DNA of 20,000 nucleotides from IMG/VR virus record IMGVR_UViG_3300031087_000494, one strand, 5' to 3'. Below are positions 16,841 to 20,000 of the stretch, piece after piece. The stretch comes from an uncultured virus (IMG/VR IMGVR_UViG_3300031087_000494) (lineage: Duplodnaviria; Heunggongvirae; Uroviricota; Caudoviricetes). The notes beneath the pieces were generated by a model. It worked only from the letters and a program-made list of their open reading frames with translations. It was not told where the DNA came from and made no database searches. How positions within the stretch are numbered: position 1 is the first letter of the stretch; each line of letters starts with the position of its first letter. The position numbers and the translations under genes were made by a program.

Positions 16841-16858
16841 GCAAGACCATGATAGGAT
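16830..16858 (+). promoter_or_regulatory. Extended -10 promoter for rIIB
   Basis: TTGTGC (16830-16835), 17-nt spacer ending in TGA, TAGGAT (16853-16858). Confidence 0.65.
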
Positions 16859-16894
16859 GAACATGACTAAGTACAGAAGGAAGGGCTGACAGCC

Positions 16895-18751
16895 ATGACC
16901 GATATCTCCGTAGCAACCTACTCCCTGGTGTCCGGGGACAATGGCGAGCAGGTGAGCATCGTTTTCTCCAACGGAGAGAGCGAGACCGTCACCGACAAGC
17001 ACGCCAACTTCCAGTCCATCGTTCAGGCGCTGATCTCGAAGCCCGCCGGCTACGGCCCCGTGGTCTACGACCTCGCCAACATCGCCAAGACCGTGGGCCG
17101 CAAGTTCCGCAACCTCTCCGAGCGAGTCACCACCGATGGTTCGGAGCTCTACTTCGACGGTGACGCCATCGATGGCTCCCTGGCCTCCTTCATCCTGAAG
17201 CTCCTCCGGGAGGACGCTCAGAAGTCCGCTGCCTTCTTCGGCGGCGACGCTGCAGATGCTGGTGACGAGGAGTCGCAGGTCACCTGGGAGGCGCTGGTCA
17301 AGTTCCTCGAGCTCCTCTACGCCAACCCCAACCCGCAGTCCCGGGAGTCGCTCTACGGCTTCATCTCCCGCCACGGACTCACCATCCGCAAGGACGGTCA
17401 CTTCATCGCCTACAAGGGTCTCGACGGTGACTTCGGTTCGAAGCACAAGGGCTACGGCATCGTGGACGGCGTCGAGGTCAACGGAACCCTCTTCAACAAG
17501 CCCGGCAGCGTCCTGCGCTTCCCCCGCAAGGATGTGAACTCCAACACCGCCGTCGGCTGTGCTCAGGGTCTCCACGCCGGTACCCACGCCTACGCAACCA
17601 ACTGGGCAAGTGGCGGCAAGCTGGTGGCAGTTGCCATCAACCCCACCAATGTGGTGTCGGTGCCGGATGACTGCTACTACCAGAAGATCCGGGTCTGCGA
17701 GTACGAGGTCCTCAACGAGATCGATCCCCTGGCTGAGGCTGCTGCTACCCGCGGCGCTGAGTCCTCCTCCCTGTGGACTGACAGCACCTGGGACGACAAC
17801 TACGATGGCCACGCCATCGAGAATGTCCAGGTCGATGACCGGATCTCCTTCGACTATGTCGGAGTGGATGGCCGTGAGCAGTTCATCGAGGAGGCCGAGG
17901 TCGACGAGGTCCAGAGCGACTACCTCAAGGCCTTCGTTCCCGCCAAGAACGGCTACCGCACCTTCCTCTTCGCTGGTATCTCGAACTTCGAGAACCACAG
18001 CCAGGACGAGGATGAGGATGAGGAGTACGGCTACGACGACGGCTCTGAGGAGTTCGAGGACGAGTACTCCAACAGCTACTCCGACGACGAGGACGCTCAG
18101 GACGATGAGCCCGAGGTTGCTCAGGAGGAGCCCAAGGCTCAGAACGGCAAGGACTTCTTCGATGGTCTCGCTGACATCCTGCACGGAGGTGGAGGCTCCA
18201 CCCAGGGGGAGTTCCTCAAGAAGGCTCAGGAGTTCTTCGCCGACGGTGACCTGAAGTCCAAGGCCGAGAAGGTCCTCAAGGACTCTGGTCTCACCGATGT
18301 TGTGGACGCCTTCAAGGAGGGTCTCCAGAGCACCGACGGTGACTCCAGCGCCGATGAGGTCACCGAGGGGTCCACCGTGAGCTTCGGCTACACCGACAAC
18401 ATGGGTGCCCACCAGGAGATCAAGGACGCTCGAGTCGAAGAGGTGCAGGCCGAGTACTTCAAGGCCTTCGTCCCTTCCAAGGGTGGCTACCGGACCTTCC
18501 GCTTCGAGGGAGTCTCCGACCTCAAGGTCGCCCAGGGTGGTTCGCAGGACCGGAGCGAGATCGAGGCCACCGTCGCCGGGCTCAAGACCTCTGACATCAT
18601 CTCAGTGGAGCTCAACAAGGACGGAGAGCTCCTGAAGCTCGACAACGCGATCGTGCTCATCAGCGTGGCCGGTCAGGTCACCATCAAGCTCCAGGGTCGA
18701 GGCTACAAGGCCTTCACCGCTGAGGATGTGGTGAGCATCACGAAGCACTGA
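16895..18751 (+). CDS. rIIB: RIIB-like protein with C-terminal tandem WYL/Sm-like repeats
   Basis: LYANPNPQSRESLYGF, DGHFIAYKG, PRKDV...CAQGLHAGT..YA, INPTNVVSVPDD...KIRVCEYEV match the RIIB core. About 310 further residues contain repeats. RBS GAAGGAAGGG. Confidence 0.85.
   Translation: MTDISVATYSLVSGDNGEQVSIVFSNGESETVTDKHANFQSIVQALISKPAGYGPVVYDLANIAKTVGRKFRNLSERVTTDGSELYFDGDAIDGSLASFILKLLREDAQKSAAFFGGDAADAGDEESQVTWEALVKFLELLYANPNPQSRESLYGFISRHGLTIRKDGHFIAYKGLDGDFGSKHKGYGIVDGVEVNGTLFNKPGSVLRFPRKDVNSNTAVGCAQGLHAGTHAYATNWASGGKLVAVAINPTNVVSVPDDCYYQKIRVCEYEVLNEIDPLAEAAATRGAESSSLWTDSTWDDNYDGHAIENVQVDDRISFDYVGVDGREQFIEEAEVDEVQSDYLKAFVPAKNGYRTFLFAGISNFENHSQDEDEDEEYGYDDGSEEFEDEYSNSYSDDEDAQDDEPEVAQEEPKAQNGKDFFDGLADILHGGGGSTQGEFLKKAQEFFADGDLKSKAEKVLKDSGLTDVVDAFKEGLQSTDGDSSADEVTEGSTVSFGYTDNMGAHQEIKDARVEEVQAEYFKAFVPSKGGYRTFRFEGVSDLKVAQGGSQDRSEIEATVAGLKTSDIISVELNKDGELLKLDNAIVLISVAGQVTIKLQGRGYKAFTAEDVVSITKH
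17825..18523 (+). repeat. Intragenic duplication of a 55-aa domain (17825-17989 and 18359-18523)
   Basis: Ungapped manual alignment gives 27/55 identical residues, including EVQ..Y.KAFVP.K.GYRTF.F.G.S. Confidence 0.9.
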
Positions 18752-18778
18752 CTTCGAAGGCCTCACTGAGGCGATATG

Positions 18779-18814
18779 AGGGCAGGTGGTCTACGGATCA
18801 CCTGCCCTTTGTCT
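18779..18814 (+). terminator. Rho-independent terminator with C(UACG)G tetraloop
   Basis: AGGGCAGGTGGTC-TACG-GATCACCTGCCCT (18779-18808) followed by TTGTCT, just after the rIIB stop. Confidence 0.75.
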
Positions 18815-18836
18815 ATGCCCGGAAGATCGGAAGTCC

Positions 18837-20000
18837 ATGGGAGTTCATGCCCAGGAAGCCCAGCGCTCTACCTACTGGCAGCTGCTCAAGCTCAATCAGA
18901 AGCTGAGAAAGCTCCTTGGACAGCTGGCCTCCGAGAGCTTTCCTCCCAGGCTCACCGGGCAGGCCAAGCAGTCGAAGCAGAAGATCGATCAGCTCTTCAG
19001 GCGCCACAGGGCCCTGGTTGACGACTTCCGCAGGCAGAGCTACGAGCTTCGATCCCTGGGCCAGAGCGACTGCGAGCCCTTCCTCAAGCACTCGCTCCAC
19101 GGCGATCCAGCTGAGATCTTCCCCAACTGGATGGGGAGCTACCGTGGACCCAACTACAGCTTCGGAGCACTGAGCTCCACGGGGCTTGAGATCATTCCCG
19201 CCGAGGGCAGCGCCTACAGCGGATTCTGGCAGCTCTTCCAGAACCTCCTTCCAGTGGGGGACAATCGGCTAGAGCTCTGGCCGGCCTACTTCGGCCAGAG
19301 CAGCACCGGTGGCTGGGAGCTCAAGGATCAGCGCGAGATCCTCGAGGAGCTTCGCTTCCCCCTCTCTGGGGCAAATCTCGAGGGAGCCATCGCGGTGGAT
19401 CTAGAGACGAGCTCCCTGACTCCACTCACCGGCGAGATCCTGGAGATCGGCATCGTGGAGGTCAAGGGTCCTGATCCCCTCCTCTGGCCCCGATTCTCTC
19501 TACGCTTTGACCTATCCAGCGACCGGGCTCGATCCCTGGGCACTGGAGCAAAGCACATCCATGGCATCGATGTCGAGGACATCGCTGGAGCGCCAAAGAT
19601 CAGCGATCCAGCAGTCCAGCGGCTCCTCAGGGGCTACCTCTGCTCAGGGCGAAGGCTCATCACCCACAATGCTTCCTTCGAGTTCCGCTGGCTTAGTCAG
19701 TTCGTGGATGGCTTCTTCGAGGCCAACTACAGCCAGTCTGGCTTCCAGACCATGATCGACACTGGCGTACTCTGCAAGTTCGCCTTCTCCCTGGGCGGAG
19801 GCCGAGGGGCAACTGGTAACAGCCTTCGAGCAACGGTGGAATCTCTGGGGCTGAGCTACCGGGAGGCCCACCGGGCACAGGCAGATGCCGCGATGGCAGC
19901 CCTAGCTGCCCACGGAATGCTCAAGGGAGTGGGACTTCGGCAACCTCGAGAGCTCGACCCAGATGAGTACCTCGCACTTCTCCTCGAGGAAAGCGCCTAG
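18837..20000 (+). CDS. DEDDh 3'-5' exonuclease (DnaQ-like) with N-terminal extension
   Basis: AVDLETSSL, GEILEIG, IHGI, THNASFE, IDTG, HRAQADA; stop TAG at 19998-20000. Start is uncertain: ATG 18837 preferred because GTG 18786 lies inside the terminator hairpin. Confidence 0.85.
   Translation: MGVHAQEAQRSTYWQLLKLNQKLRKLLGQLASESFPPRLTGQAKQSKQKIDQLFRRHRALVDDFRRQSYELRSLGQSDCEPFLKHSLHGDPAEIFPNWMGSYRGPNYSFGALSSTGLEIIPAEGSAYSGFWQLFQNLLPVGDNRLELWPAYFGQSSTGGWELKDQREILEELRFPLSGANLEGAIAVDLETSSLTPLTGEILEIGIVEVKGPDPLLWPRFSLRFDLSSDRARSLGTGAKHIHGIDVEDIAGAPKISDPAVQRLLRGYLCSGRRLITHNASFEFRWLSQFVDGFFEANYSQSGFQTMIDTGVLCKFAFSLGGGRGATGNSLRATVESLGLSYREAHRAQADAAMAALAAHGMLKGVGLRQPRELDPDEYLALLLEESA

Noticed and set aside
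16811..16894. rIIA and rIIB share a frame, suggesting a read-through fusion
   Set aside because: A second in-frame TGA lies at 16850-16852, and rIIB has its own promoter and RBS.
14369..18412. 1347-aa minus-strand ORF spanning rIIA and rIIB
   Set aside because: It is in codon register with two motif-supported + strand genes. Their scarcity of TTA/CTA/TCA codons removes antisense stops, and the translation has no recognisable motif.
1..20000. Very frequent GAGCTC and CTCGAG hexamers
   Set aside because: Explained by preferred GAG (Glu) and CTC (Leu) codons in EL/LE dipeptides; irregularly spaced and not a repeat array.
1..20000. CRISPR array, tRNA, rRNA, IS or integrase
   Set aside because: No regularly spaced direct repeats, cloverleaf with T-loop consensus, transposase or recombinase motifs were seen.

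Overview
High-GC (roughly 60-65% by eye), densely coding window in which every credible gene is on the + strand. It contains no recognisable host core genes. The content points to a large actinobacterial phage or phage-like element (inference; no structural or replication genes are in view). Genes in order: calcineurin-like metallophosphoesterase, HAD phosphatase, SNF2 helicase, XpaC-like membrane protein, GatB/YqeY protein, M50B-like intramembrane protease, STAS-like protein, DenV/MSMEG_6728-like glycosylase, a MoxR-type AAA+ ATPase with a DUF2201-type metallopeptidase-vWA partner, an rIIA-like GHKL ATPase, an rIIB-like protein and a DEDDh exonuclease, with hypothetical genes between them. 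Nine housekeeping-sigma-type promoters recur (most typical form TTGACA-N17-TAGGAT). Most unusual observations: (1) the RIIB-like protein carries two clear and one degenerate WYL/Sm-like C-terminal repeats; (2) most promoters are embedded in inverted repeats that differ in sequence from site to site, one pairing the promoter spacer with the downstream RBS; (3) no ACGT tetranucleotide was found by eye in 20 kb, with synonymous codon switching at the junctions that would create it. All family calls are from motif recognition, not database searches.
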